64,000 nt of DNA from an uncultured Anaerolineaceae bacterium (GTDB lineage: Bacteria; Chloroflexota; Dehalococcoidia; Tepidiformales; Tepidiformaceae). Location of the stretch: NCBI GenBank assembly GCA_964507025.1, contig CAZDOK010000003.1, positions 115,123-179,122 on the forward strand, read 5' to 3'. The translations under genes and the position numbers were made by a program. The first letter of the stretch is position 1; the number at the start of each line of letters is the position of its first letter. The notes beneath the pieces are model-generated. The model saw nothing but the letters and a program-made list of their open reading frames with translations, had not been told where the DNA came from and did no database searches. Shown here one piece after another: positions 8,288-16,309 of this stretch.

Positions 8288-9234
8288 TGGAGCCTCGGGA
8301 GTGGCGTCGGCGTGGGTGTCGCCCGGCGCGGTGTGGGGCTGGGCGTCGGCGTCCAGGTCGGCGTGGGCGTGATGGTGGGAGTACTGGTGATCGTGGGCGT
8401 CGCGGTTGGCGTGCTGGTCGGTCCCGGCGGCGTGGGCGTGGCTCCCGCCGGGGAGCTCGGCTGCGTGGCCGTGGAGGCGGCAGGGACGGCGGTGCGCGTC
8501 GGGGCTGGAGTGTTCGTGGGCGTCGGAGTCGGAGGAATCACCCGGCGCGGCAGGTCCATGTAGCCGGCAGGATCGATGGGGACTCCGCGGAAGCGGAGCT
8601 CCACATGGAGGTGGCCACCGGGCGTGCCTTCGCCGATGACAGTGGCAGGATCGACCGCCATGCCGCTGCGGGCTTCGGTTGATGCCAGGAACCCGGCGAC
8701 GAACGTCCAGTCGTCGCCGCAGTCCACGATGACGTGGGAACCCAGGGTCGGGGATTCATCCACCGCCGCCACCACGCCGGCGCACGCTGCGAAAACGGGG
8801 ACCTCATCGAGTCCCGAAAGCGAGAAATCGACTCCGCCGTGCACCTGGCCGTAGAGCCTGGGCGTCCCGAAGTAGTCTTCCACCCCTGCGTGCGCGCGGA
8901 GCGGCAGAGCGAACCGCCGCCCGCCGTTCTCCCGCAGTTCGGACGCGGGTGGGGCAGGTGGGCTCGCAGGAGGGACGATCGCGCCTTCCGTCAGCCCGCC
9001 GGCCCGGTTGGCCAGGCGCGCATCGGACGGCGGAGTGGGAGTGGCGGAGGCGGACGACAGGGTACGTTCGCCGTTGGTGGTGGTACCAGTGCCGGAGCCA
9101 CCGCGGAACTCCATGACCAGGATGAGCGCTACGACTCCGAGCGAGACCGCGACACCGGCCGCAACGGGAAGCCATGGGCGCCGCGCGGGCTTTCTTCCCC
9201 GGCGGTCGCGTGCGCGCGACCTCTGGTGGGTCAT
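8284..9234 (-). CDS. Membrane-anchored M23 family metallopeptidase with an 83-aa Pro/Thr-rich C-terminal tail
   Basis: ORF 8284..9597 trimmed to ATG 9234, which overlaps the DUF192 stop (ATGA). TM helix WLPVAAGVAVSLGVVALILV. M23 motifs HGGVDF and GGHLHVELR. The tail reads PPTPTPTNTPAPT...TPTITPTPTWTPTPSPTP. Confidence 0.85.
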   Translation of the reverse strand: MTHQRSRARDRRGRKPARRPWLPVAAGVAVSLGVVALILVMEFRGGSGTGTTTNGERTLSSASATPTPPSDARLANRAGGLTEGAIVPPASPPAPPASELRENGGRRFALPLRAHAGVEDYFGTPRLYGQVHGGVDFSLSGLDEVPVFAACAGVVAAVDESPTLGSHVIVDCGDDWTFVAGFLASTEARSGMAVDPATVIGEGTPGGHLHVELRFRGVPIDPAGYMDLPRRVIPPTPTPTNTPAPTRTAVPAASTATQPSSPAGATPTPPGPTSTPTATPTITSTPTITPTPTWTPTPSPTPRRATPTPTPLPRLQ

Positions 9235-9593
9235 CCGATCGCTCCGGCGTCGGCCGGGAACTCCAGCGTGTCGCCTTCGCGGATGCCAGCGGCAGCACCG
9301 CCGGGGAGCTCGATGACTCCGCGGGCGCGGCGCCCCCCGAGAGCGATCCCTGTCCAGGGACGCAGGCGGCGCGCGACCTTCGTGACGGTGCCGTCGCGGT
9401 CGTAGAAGACGGCATCGATGGGGAAGCGCACGAACATCATGTGGATGGAGTTGCAGGGCCGGATGTCGAGCGCGGTGCCTTCGGGGAGCCCGGAGGCGAA
9501 CATGAGCCCACGGGTCCGTTCGAACACGCTTCGCGCGAGCCGCACCTCCGCCGCGAGCACGGTCCCCGTTCCCCTGACTCGTAGACTGGCCAT
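9231..9593 (-). CDS. DUF192 (COG1430/UPF0127) domain protein
   Basis: 120 aa with the family-typical RGLMF, HMMFVRFPIDAVFYD and VIELPGG segments. First gene of the four-gene overlapping operon. Confidence 0.75.
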   Translation of the reverse strand: MASLRVRGTGTVLAAEVRLARSVFERTRGLMFASGLPEGTALDIRPCNSIHMMFVRFPIDAVFYDRDGTVTKVARRLRPWTGIALGGRRARGVIELPGGAAAGIREGDTLEFPADAGAIG

Positions 9594-9682
9594 TCAATTC
9601 ATCCCGCGCGACGCTGGTAAGACGCAGACTACACGCGAAACGTTACGGGTTCGCGGCGGTGGGCGGCACGCTGACTGGCGAG

Positions 9683-9889
9683 TTAGCGGCGGAGCGCGGG
9701 ACGGGTGGCCGGGGCTCTCCCCTGTGCCCAGGATTCGAGCTCGTACAGGGTCGCCCGCTCGAAGGCGACCTCACGAGTGAGGTACTCGCGCTCGCCGGTA
9801 TCGCGGACGGTGGCCAGCCGTCCCATGTAGTAGCGGAGGCGCGCAAGGTGGAGCCGGCGGTGAAGTGCGGGGTCGCATGAGCGGGACAT
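9683..9889 (-). CDS. Hypothetical small protein (68 aa) immediately downstream of ferredoxin
   Basis: ORF 9683..9997 trimmed to ATG 9889, 5 nt after the ferredoxin stop. No recognisable motif; coding status is uncertain. Confidence 0.3.
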   Translation of the reverse strand: MSRSCDPALHRRLHLARLRYYMGRLATVRDTGEREYLTREVAFERATLYELESWAQGRAPATRPALRR

Positions 9890-9894
9890 GGCGT

Positions 9895-10149
9895 TCAGCG
9901 GGCCCGGGCGTGGCGGAAGAAGGCGGTGGCCTTCTCGACATACTCGCGCCACTGCGCGGGCACATCGTCCTCGTGGAATATGGCCGTGACCGGGCACGCC
10001 GCTTCACAGGCCGCGCAGTCGATGCAGCCGTCGGGGTCGATGAAGTACTGGCTTTCGCCCGCCTCGGTGTGGATGCAATCCACGGGGCAGACGGACACGC
10101 AGGACGCGTCCATGACGTCGATGCAGGGTTCGGTGATGACGTAAGGCAT
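9895..10149 (-). CDS. fdxA: 7Fe-type ferredoxin ([3Fe-4S] + [4Fe-4S])
   Basis: MPYVITEPCIDVMDASCVSVCPVDCIH and CIDCAACEAACPV cysteine patterns; 84 aa. Confidence 0.9.
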   Translation of the reverse strand: MPYVITEPCIDVMDASCVSVCPVDCIHTEAGESQYFIDPDGCIDCAACEAACPVTAIFHEDDVPAQWREYVEKATAFFRHARAR

Positions 10150-10159
10150 GGCAGATTCC

Positions 10160-11233
10160 TCAGTCGAAGACGATCACGCTGCGGTTGACCTCGCCGGCCT
10201 TGAGGGCGGCGTAGGCCTCGTTGATCTGCGAGAGGCTCCAGCGGCGGCTGATGAGCTCGTCGATCTTCAGGCGCTTCTGGCGGTAGAGCTCCATGAGCCA
10301 GGGCATGTCGTAGGTCTGGCGGGTGGAGCCGTAGAAGCTGCCGATGATGCCCTTTTCGCCGAGGAACGCGGCGCCCGGGAGCGACACCATCTCGGTTACC
10401 GGGATCATGCCGACGACCACGGCGCGGCCGCCTCGCTTGACCATGCCAAACGCCTGCTCGGCCGTTTTCGCGAGGCCAATGGCTTCGAAGGCGTAGTCGA
10501 CGCCCCCGTCCGTCATTTCGACGACCTTCGCAACGGCCGCGTCCTTCGATGCATCGACCACATCGGTCGCGCCGAACTGGCGAGCGGCCGCGAGCTTCGA
10601 TTCGAGCAGGTCGACCACGATGATGCGCGAGGCACCCGCGAGGACCGCCCCCTGGACGATGTTGAGCCCGACACCACCCGCGCCGATGACGGCGACGGTG
10701 GACCCCGCCGGGATCTTCGCGGTGTTGGTGACGGCGCCGACGCCGGTCATCACGCTGCAGCCCACCAGCGCAGCGCATTCGAGCGGCACGCCGTCGGGCA
10801 CTTTCACGCAGGCGTTGGCGGAGACGAGCTGATATTCGGCGAAGGCCGACATGTTGGCGAACTGGTGGAGCGTGCCGCCGTGCAGCCGGATACGGCCGGG
10901 GCGGCCCAGGCTGGCAGTGTTCATGCACAGGTACGGCTTGCCGAGCGTGCAGTTATCGCAGCTGCCGCACGATGCCACGAATGCCACGACCACGCGGTCG
11001 CCCGGCTTCACACCGGTCACGCCTGGCCCGACTCGTTCGACGACGCCGGCGGATTCGTGGCCGAGCACGATCGGGACCTGCGCCGGGTAAGAGCCCTCCA
11101 TGAAGTGGAGGTCCGAATGGCAAACGCCGCTTGCGGCGGTGCGCACCAGCACCTCTCCCGCGGCCGGCTCATCGATTTCGACATCCTCGATGACGAGCGG
11201 CTGGTTCGCCCCATACATCACTGCAGCCTTCAT
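10160..11233 (-). CDS. Zinc-dependent alcohol dehydrogenase (MDR superfamily)
   Basis: GVCHSDLH and GHESAGVV catalytic zinc motifs, structural zinc loop CGSCDNCTLGKPYLC, and Rossmann motif VIGAGGVGL. Confidence 0.9.
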   Translation of the reverse strand: MKAAVMYGANQPLVIEDVEIDEPAAGEVLVRTAASGVCHSDLHFMEGSYPAQVPIVLGHESAGVVERVGPGVTGVKPGDRVVVAFVASCGSCDNCTLGKPYLCMNTASLGRPGRIRLHGGTLHQFANMSAFAEYQLVSANACVKVPDGVPLECAALVGCSVMTGVGAVTNTAKIPAGSTVAVIGAGGVGLNIVQGAVLAGASRIIVVDLLESKLAAARQFGATDVVDASKDAAVAKVVEMTDGGVDYAFEAIGLAKTAEQAFGMVKRGGRAVVVGMIPVTEMVSLPGAAFLGEKGIIGSFYGSTRQTYDMPWLMELYRQKRLKIDELISRRWSLSQINEAYAALKAGEVNRSVIVFD

Positions 11234-11265
11234 TGAGTCTTCCCCTCTCCTTCGCCTGGTCGCTG

Positions 11266-11715
11266 TCAGAACGTGGTCTCGATGCGCGAGGACAGATCGA
11301 AGAAGTCCTGGAACGACTGGTTGAAGCGGTAGAACGCATCGCGCGCATCGCCGTCCGAGTAGCCAGCCTTCGAGCGGGCGACGCCGTTCGGGTCTTCGCC
11401 ATCGAGCGAATTGAGGGTGTACTTCCCTTCGGCGCGGCCGTGCTGCTTGATGTTCTCAAGCATCGCTCGCCAGGTCTCGGGCTCGAGTTCCAGGTAGAAG
11501 TCCACGTCCGCGAGCCCCGCTTCGTCGATCTTTTCCACCGACGTGATCGAGTAGACAGCGAAGTTGAGGCGGTAGATTTCGTCGCCGCACTTCACCGCCA
11601 TGGTCGTATCGGCCTGGCCGTTCCGCCGCTGGAGTTCGATCTCCTGGTTATAGATGTCGCGGAGTGTCTCGAACCACTCCAGCGACGGGAATTTCAGCGC
11701 AGTCATTGTCGTCAT
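11266..11715 (-). CDS. SCP2-like (sterol/lipid carrier-like) small protein, tentative
   Basis: ORF 11266..11772 trimmed to ATG 11715 (GGGAGG upstream). FPSLEWFETLRD and LELEPETWRAMLENI resemble SCP2-type domains. The assignment is weak. Confidence 0.45.
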   Translation of the reverse strand: MTTMTALKFPSLEWFETLRDIYNQEIELQRRNGQADTTMAVKCGDEIYRLNFAVYSITSVEKIDEAGLADVDFYLELEPETWRAMLENIKQHGRAEGKYTLNSLDGEDPNGVARSKAGYSDGDARDAFYRFNQSFQDFFDLSSRIETTF

Positions 11716-11839
11716 TGTGCCCAAACCTCCCGGGTGCGACGAGTCTACGGAGCGGCGTGCCGGGCCTGCCATCGGGCCGAAGGAGCAACTGGGAGGACCG
11801 AATGGTGTAGGCCCTCGGGGAAGGCGATGTGGGCCACGA

Positions 11840-12520
11840 TTACTGTTCCCGGGCAGCCCCGGCCGGCGAGCTGGTGTGCCGCAGGTACACGCTCACGGCC
11901 TGGGTACGGTTGTGCACGCCGAGTTTCTGGAAGATGTTGCCCAGGTGAGTCTTGACCGTCTTGGCGGAGATCACCAGCTCCGCGCCGATATCAGCGTTCG
12001 ACAGGCCCCGGGCCAGGCAACCGAGGATGACGCGCTCTTGCGGCGTCAGCTTCGCGATCGGGGAGCTGTCGGGCGCCGCCGCTTCACCATCTTCGAGCAC
12101 GCGCATGATGAGGCGTGATGCGGCATCCCCGCTCAGGACAGACTCATTGTGTGCCGCGAGCCGGATCGCATTGAAGAGGTACTCGGGCTCCACATCCTTC
12201 ACCAGGTAGCCCGATGCCCCGGCGCGCAGCGCGCCGAAAATCAGCTCATCATCGAGGAACGTGGACAACGCCAGGACCCGTACATCCGGGTGAGCGTTGC
12301 GGATGCTCGAAGTGGCAACGGAGCCGCTGATCCCCGGCAGACGGACATCCATCAGCACCACATCCGGGTGACAGCTCTCGATTGCCTCGATCGCCTGCTC
12401 GCCGCTTGCCGCCTCGCCCACCACCGTGATGTCGTCGACGGTTTCGATGAGCCGCTTGAGGCCCTCCCGCACGATGCGGTGGTCGTCGCAGAGCAGGACG
12501 CGGATGGTCGCGTGGGACAT
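11840..12520 (-). CDS. NarL/FixJ (LuxR-type) response regulator
   Basis: Receiver domain (IRVLLCDDH, PDVVLMDVRLPG) plus C-terminal LuxR HTH (LTPQERVILGCLARGLSNADIGAELVISAKTVKTHLGNIFQKLGV). Confidence 0.9.
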   Translation of the reverse strand: MSHATIRVLLCDDHRIVREGLKRLIETVDDITVVGEAASGEQAIEAIESCHPDVVLMDVRLPGISGSVATSSIRNAHPDVRVLALSTFLDDELIFGALRAGASGYLVKDVEPEYLFNAIRLAAHNESVLSGDAASRLIMRVLEDGEAAAPDSSPIAKLTPQERVILGCLARGLSNADIGAELVISAKTVKTHLGNIFQKLGVHNRTQAVSVYLRHTSSPAGAAREQ

Positions 12521-12532
12521 AGTTCAACTCCT

Positions 12533-13663
12533 TTAGGCCAGGGGCAGGACGCATTCGACGCGTGTGCCAAGCCCCGCGACCGCGTGCACCGAAAGCTCGC
12601 CGCCAAACGACGCCGCGCGCTCTCGCATTCCCGAAATGCCGAACGAGCCCGGTCCGGGTTCTTCGATCGCGCCCACTCCATCATCGGTGATCGCCATCAC
12701 GACGCGGTCATCGTCGATGTTCACCAGGACTTCGGCCCGCGCGGCGCCCGAATGGCGCAGCACATTGGTAAGCGCTTCCCGGGCAATCGAGAGCAGGGCC
12801 GCGATGATGTCGTCCGCCAACCGCTCGGTGGATCCGTGGACCTGGATGTCACAGGCGATCCCGGCGGCCTGCAACGGCCCGGTCACCGCCACGAGCGAAT
12901 CGGCGATGGAGCGCCCCGCCCCGGCTCCGACGCGCAGGTTCCAGATCGAACGGCGCAGTTCAACCAGGGCGGCCCGCGCCACCGTGAGCGATTCCTCGAT
13001 CGCGTCACGCGTGGTCTTGGGTACCCGCCGATCGACGCGGCCGGCCGCTTCGAGATTGAGGACGATGGCGGTGATGGACTGCGTCGCCGAGTCGTGGATG
13101 TCGCGGGCAATGCGGGCCCGCTCGCGCAGGACCGCCAGCTCCGTGCTGCGTTCAAGTTCGATATCCGAGCGAATGGCCGCCCCGATGAGGCTCGCGGCCG
13201 CTTCGCAGATGGCGGTGTGCTCTTCGCCGAGCGGACGGTTCCGGCGTTTCCAGCCGAGGATGAGCACGCCCGCCACGTGATCCACCGACCAGACCGGGAA
13301 CGACGACGCCCAGTGCAGCCCCTCTTCCCGGGCAAAGTAGACAGTTTCCTCGATTGGGGCCTGGCGGACGTGCCCCGCCACCGCCACCAGGTTGACGAAG
13401 GCCTCCATCGTCTCCTGGAGCTCGCCGCCCGTCATCTGTTCGATGGTGTAGGGAGTGAGCGAATAGGTGTAGACCAGGGGTGCGGCCCCGCGCACAACGC
13501 TGCGCTGGTAGAAGACGGCCGCATCCGCCCCAACAATGCCCGCCAGGCAGCGAACGGTTTGCTCGATGCGGGCCCGCTGCGACCCGGACGAAGACAGCAC
13601 CCGGGCGATCTCGCCAAGGGCCGAGGCAGCGGTCGTGCGGGCCGGGGAGCTGGCTCTGGGCAT
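12533..13663 (-). CDS. Cytoplasmic GAF-domain sensor histidine kinase (HisKA_3 / NarX-DesK type)
   Basis: No TM segment. H-box RERARIARDIHDSATQ. HATPase_c region (LLSIAREALTNVLRHSGA, ITDDGVG, GISGMRERA). Stop lies 13 nt upstream of the response-regulator start. Confidence 0.85.
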   Translation of the reverse strand: MPRASSPARTTAASALGEIARVLSSSGSQRARIEQTVRCLAGIVGADAAVFYQRSVVRGAAPLVYTYSLTPYTIEQMTGGELQETMEAFVNLVAVAGHVRQAPIEETVYFAREEGLHWASSFPVWSVDHVAGVLILGWKRRNRPLGEEHTAICEAAASLIGAAIRSDIELERSTELAVLRERARIARDIHDSATQSITAIVLNLEAAGRVDRRVPKTTRDAIEESLTVARAALVELRRSIWNLRVGAGAGRSIADSLVAVTGPLQAAGIACDIQVHGSTERLADDIIAALLSIAREALTNVLRHSGAARAEVLVNIDDDRVVMAITDDGVGAIEEPGPGSFGISGMRERAASFGGELSVHAVAGLGTRVECVLPLA

Positions 13664-13723
13664 ATGTCTCGCCTTATGCCGGTATCATACGAGCCTGGCT
13701 CGCGCTGGTCTCTGGGGCACCGT

Positions 13724-13785
13724 GAGAGGAAAACGTGCCGGGCCTCGTGGCCGGGGAGCGGGATCGCCCGTCCACGAGGCCCGGC
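13724..13785 (-). terminator. Intrinsic terminator downstream of the diiron gene pair
   Basis: Perfect 14-bp arms, GCCGGGCCTCGTGG (13737-13750) and CCACGAGGCCCGGC (13772-13785). The loop can itself pair (CGGG-atcg-CCCG). On the minus strand the hairpin is followed by ACGUUUUCCUCUC. Confidence 0.55.
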
Positions 13786-13821
13786 AAGGGGGAAACCTGC
13801 GCCAGCCTTATTGCCGTGCGC

Positions 13822-15039
13822 TCATCCTGCGGCGACCGGCAGGCCGCCCGTGCGGGCTACCGCCACCAGCCCGGGGCTGACCGCCGCGTCACGATTCATC
13901 GAGATGGAATCGAGCAGGCTAAGATACCGCTGGAGCTGTTCGGAGCGCAGATCGCGCAGCCTCTCGATGCCCACCGCCAGGCGTTCCGTCCCGCCCGCGA
14001 ACAGCACCGCGAGCGCCTCCGAGACGGCCGGGCTGTGGACCAGCTCATCGGCCAGGGCAGCCTCGGCCCTCCCCAGGAACCCCTGCAGGTACTCACGGCC
14101 ATTGGGGTGGTACTGCAGATAGTACGCGAGGTGCCGCACACCGTACTCGAGGTGCCGCCGGCTATCGCGCGCCAGCAGCCCGAAGAGCTTGCGATCGACC
14201 GCCGACGGGCACGCCTCGGCCAGCTTCTCGAACGTGGCGACCTCGTAGACCTTGTACACGAAGCACACCGACGTGATCCACTCGGTGGCCTTGAGCGCCC
14301 CAAACCACGTGCGGTAGATCGTGCCGAGGTTGCTCTGGAGCAGGCCGCCGCCGTTGGCGAGCGCGCGCTTGCGCAGCGCCTCAACCTTGCGCCCCGCATC
14401 GAAGTTCTGCACCGAGAGCAGGTTCTTCACATCGTGGAAACCGTAGGCGATCCGCTCCTCCCACGCGGCGATGATCTTTTGCTCGGCAAGACCGTTCTCG
14501 GCGAACGACGTGGCGATCTGGCAGATGGCACGCTCGATCTCGTCGGGCTGCGTTTCGAGGGCGGGCCAGTCGATATCGACGGCGGGGATCCAGCGGTCGC
14601 GGATGCCCTGCTCGTAGAGCACATCAGCGTCTTCGGCCCAGACCTCGCTCTTCGTGTAGATGCTGTAGGGGCCGGGCATGTAGGCGCCGGGCGTGGGATG
14701 CGACCCCAGCGGCGTATCGTTTTCATACGGCCAGTGGTCGGGAACGGTGCCATACGTACCGATGTTGATTTCGCGCATGCCCAGGCCGTTGGGCCCCGGC
14801 CGGGCGCGCATGCCGAGCTGCGTCGTGGGGCGTGCCCACTTGAAGCTCATCCCGGCGATCGCGGGATTCTCCGTGGCAGCCCGGAGGAACGAGCGAGCCG
14901 ATTCCACATCCAGTTTCAGCGCCAGCAATGAGTGCACGGTATCGACCGGGAGCGCCGATTGCTCGAACTCCGCAACAAGGTCGTCCGGCCAGCCTATCTC
15001 GCCAGCGCGAAGCTTTACCCCTTCAGCAAGTGCCGCCAT
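13822..15039 (-). CDS. Ferritin-like superfamily protein; paralogue of the adjacent diiron protein with degenerate metal ligands
   Basis: Alignable by eye with ORF 15045..16103 (KSEVWAEDADVLYEQGIRDRWIPAVDIDW vs KSDVWSESALLLYEEAMQRQWSSAVDIPW; RKRALANGGG vs RKRALVNGGG). The ExxH motifs of the partner read FDAGRK and RDSRRH here. Confidence 0.6.
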   Translation of the reverse strand: MAALAEGVKLRAGEIGWPDDLVAEFEQSALPVDTVHSLLALKLDVESARSFLRAATENPAIAGMSFKWARPTTQLGMRARPGPNGLGMREINIGTYGTVPDHWPYENDTPLGSHPTPGAYMPGPYSIYTKSEVWAEDADVLYEQGIRDRWIPAVDIDWPALETQPDEIERAICQIATSFAENGLAEQKIIAAWEERIAYGFHDVKNLLSVQNFDAGRKVEALRKRALANGGGLLQSNLGTIYRTWFGALKATEWITSVCFVYKVYEVATFEKLAEACPSAVDRKLFGLLARDSRRHLEYGVRHLAYYLQYHPNGREYLQGFLGRAEAALADELVHSPAVSEALAVLFAGGTERLAVGIERLRDLRSEQLQRYLSLLDSISMNRDAAVSPGLVAVARTGGLPVAAG

Positions 15040-15044
15040 TCCGT

Positions 15045-16103
15045 TTAGTCCTCCAGGAACATTTTCATGCTCGGAGCCATCCGCTGGCGGCGGTCGCCAA
15101 GGCCGATGACTTCGAGCCGGTGCATGTATTCGTTGATCTGCTTCTTGCGCATGATCAGGAGCTTCTTGAAGCCTTCATCGATGTTCTTGATGCCGCCGCC
15201 GGCGAGCACGGCCAGCGCCTCGCTCGTCGCCGGGTTCGTCGTGAGACTGCCCTGCGACTGGCCGAGTGCACCTTCCTGGATATCCAGGTAGTGGTGGAGC
15301 TGCTCCTTGCGTTCCGGTTCGACATCCATGAGGTACTTCAGATGGGTCACGCCGAACGCCAGGTGCCGGGACTCGTCCTGGGCCGAAAGCCGGAAGATCC
15401 GCTTCTCCGCCTCGTTGTTCGAGATGAGCTCGCCCATCCGGAAGATCGTCTGCACAAAGCCCTCGCCAACGAGGTGCAGGCGCGCGGTCATCTCCGTGAA
15501 ATCGTCCGCCGAGAGCAGCTGCGATGCGCCGAACCCCGCGTCGGTCAGGCCGCCGCCGTTGACCAGCGCCCGCTTGCGGAACACATCCTCGTGCCGCGAC
15601 TCATCCATGAGCTGAGTGCCAAGGAACAGCTGCGTCTCGAACTGCTCGGGGTGGACGGTGCCCATGAACCGGCCAGGGAGGTCACCCGCGATGAATTCCA
15701 CCTGGGTGAGGAAGGTGCACAGCGTGCACATCGCCATCTCGATGTCGTCGGGGAGCTCCTTGATTTCCTCCCACGGGATATCGACAGCGGAGGACCACTG
15801 GCGCTGCATCGCCTCTTCATAGAGGAGGAGGGCTGATTCGGACCAGACATCGGACTTCGTCTTGTACTGGTTGCGGTGCGCCGCCGACCGCGGGTCGGGC
15901 CGCGCGCCACGCATGGCCAAGGTCGCCCAGCCGGCATCGGGCGGGGCCTCACCATAGATCGGCAGCTGGCGAAGGTTTTCGAGCGTGAGGCCCTTGGCGC
16001 CCGGTTCGGCGCGCGTGCCCCAGCCGTCCTCGATATTGAGCCAGGACAGGTCCAGTCCCGGTTCCATGACCTTTGTGGTCGATGATGCGCTCATGCTTTG
16101 CAT
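15045..16103 (-). CDS. Ferritin-like diiron-carboxylate protein (AurF / acyl-ACP desaturase / R2-like superfamily; family unassigned)
   Basis: Four-helix-bundle ligand pattern: QVEFIAGD, LMDESRHEDVF (ExxH), LVGEGFV and AQDESRHLAFG (ExxH). Stop lies 5 nt before the start of the paralogue. Confidence 0.65.
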   Translation of the reverse strand: MQSMSASSTTKVMEPGLDLSWLNIEDGWGTRAEPGAKGLTLENLRQLPIYGEAPPDAGWATLAMRGARPDPRSAAHRNQYKTKSDVWSESALLLYEEAMQRQWSSAVDIPWEEIKELPDDIEMAMCTLCTFLTQVEFIAGDLPGRFMGTVHPEQFETQLFLGTQLMDESRHEDVFRKRALVNGGGLTDAGFGASQLLSADDFTEMTARLHLVGEGFVQTIFRMGELISNNEAEKRIFRLSAQDESRHLAFGVTHLKYLMDVEPERKEQLHHYLDIQEGALGQSQGSLTTNPATSEALAVLAGGGIKNIDEGFKKLLIMRKKQINEYMHRLEVIGLGDRRQRMAPSMKMFLED

Positions 16104-16185
16104 GCCCTCCAGTGGGGTTTTCAGGTCTGCCGCCTATTCCACCACGCGAGAGGATGCGCTGGATATGCATCTGCTGACCGAATTT

Positions 16186-16211
16186 GGAGGACCGGAAGTC
16201 CTAGGACCTCC
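16186..16211. promoter_or_regulatory. Nested palindromes in the divergent promoter region (candidate operator)
   Basis: GGAGGACCGGAAGTCCTAGGACCTCC. AGGAC/GTCCT half-sites occur three times in alternating orientation, including the perfect 10-bp palindrome GTCCTAGGAC (16198-16207). Lies between the diiron operon and the ABC importer operon. Confidence 0.25.
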
Positions 16212-16309
16212 ACACCCACGAAATTAGGCCGTCGAGCCTATGCCCCCAATAGACGCCACTTATTAGACTCCGCCCCGACCCAATTCGACGGCAGGGTGGT
16301 CAGAACCCG

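Noticed and set aside
8287-8535. Repetitive-looking DNA (GGCGTGGG / GGTGGG-type short periodicity), considered as a possible tandem repeat or CRISPR-like array.
   Set aside because: It is the coding sequence of the Pro/Thr-rich tail of the M23 peptidase. There are no constant-length repeats with unique spacers, and the reading frame is intact throughout.
12149-14122. 657-aa plus-strand ORF spanning the response regulator, histidine kinase and diiron gene ends.
   Set aside because: It is antisense to three genes with clear family motifs. It is Arg/Gly/Asp-rich and crosses an intergenic terminator hairpin, so it is a shadow ORF.
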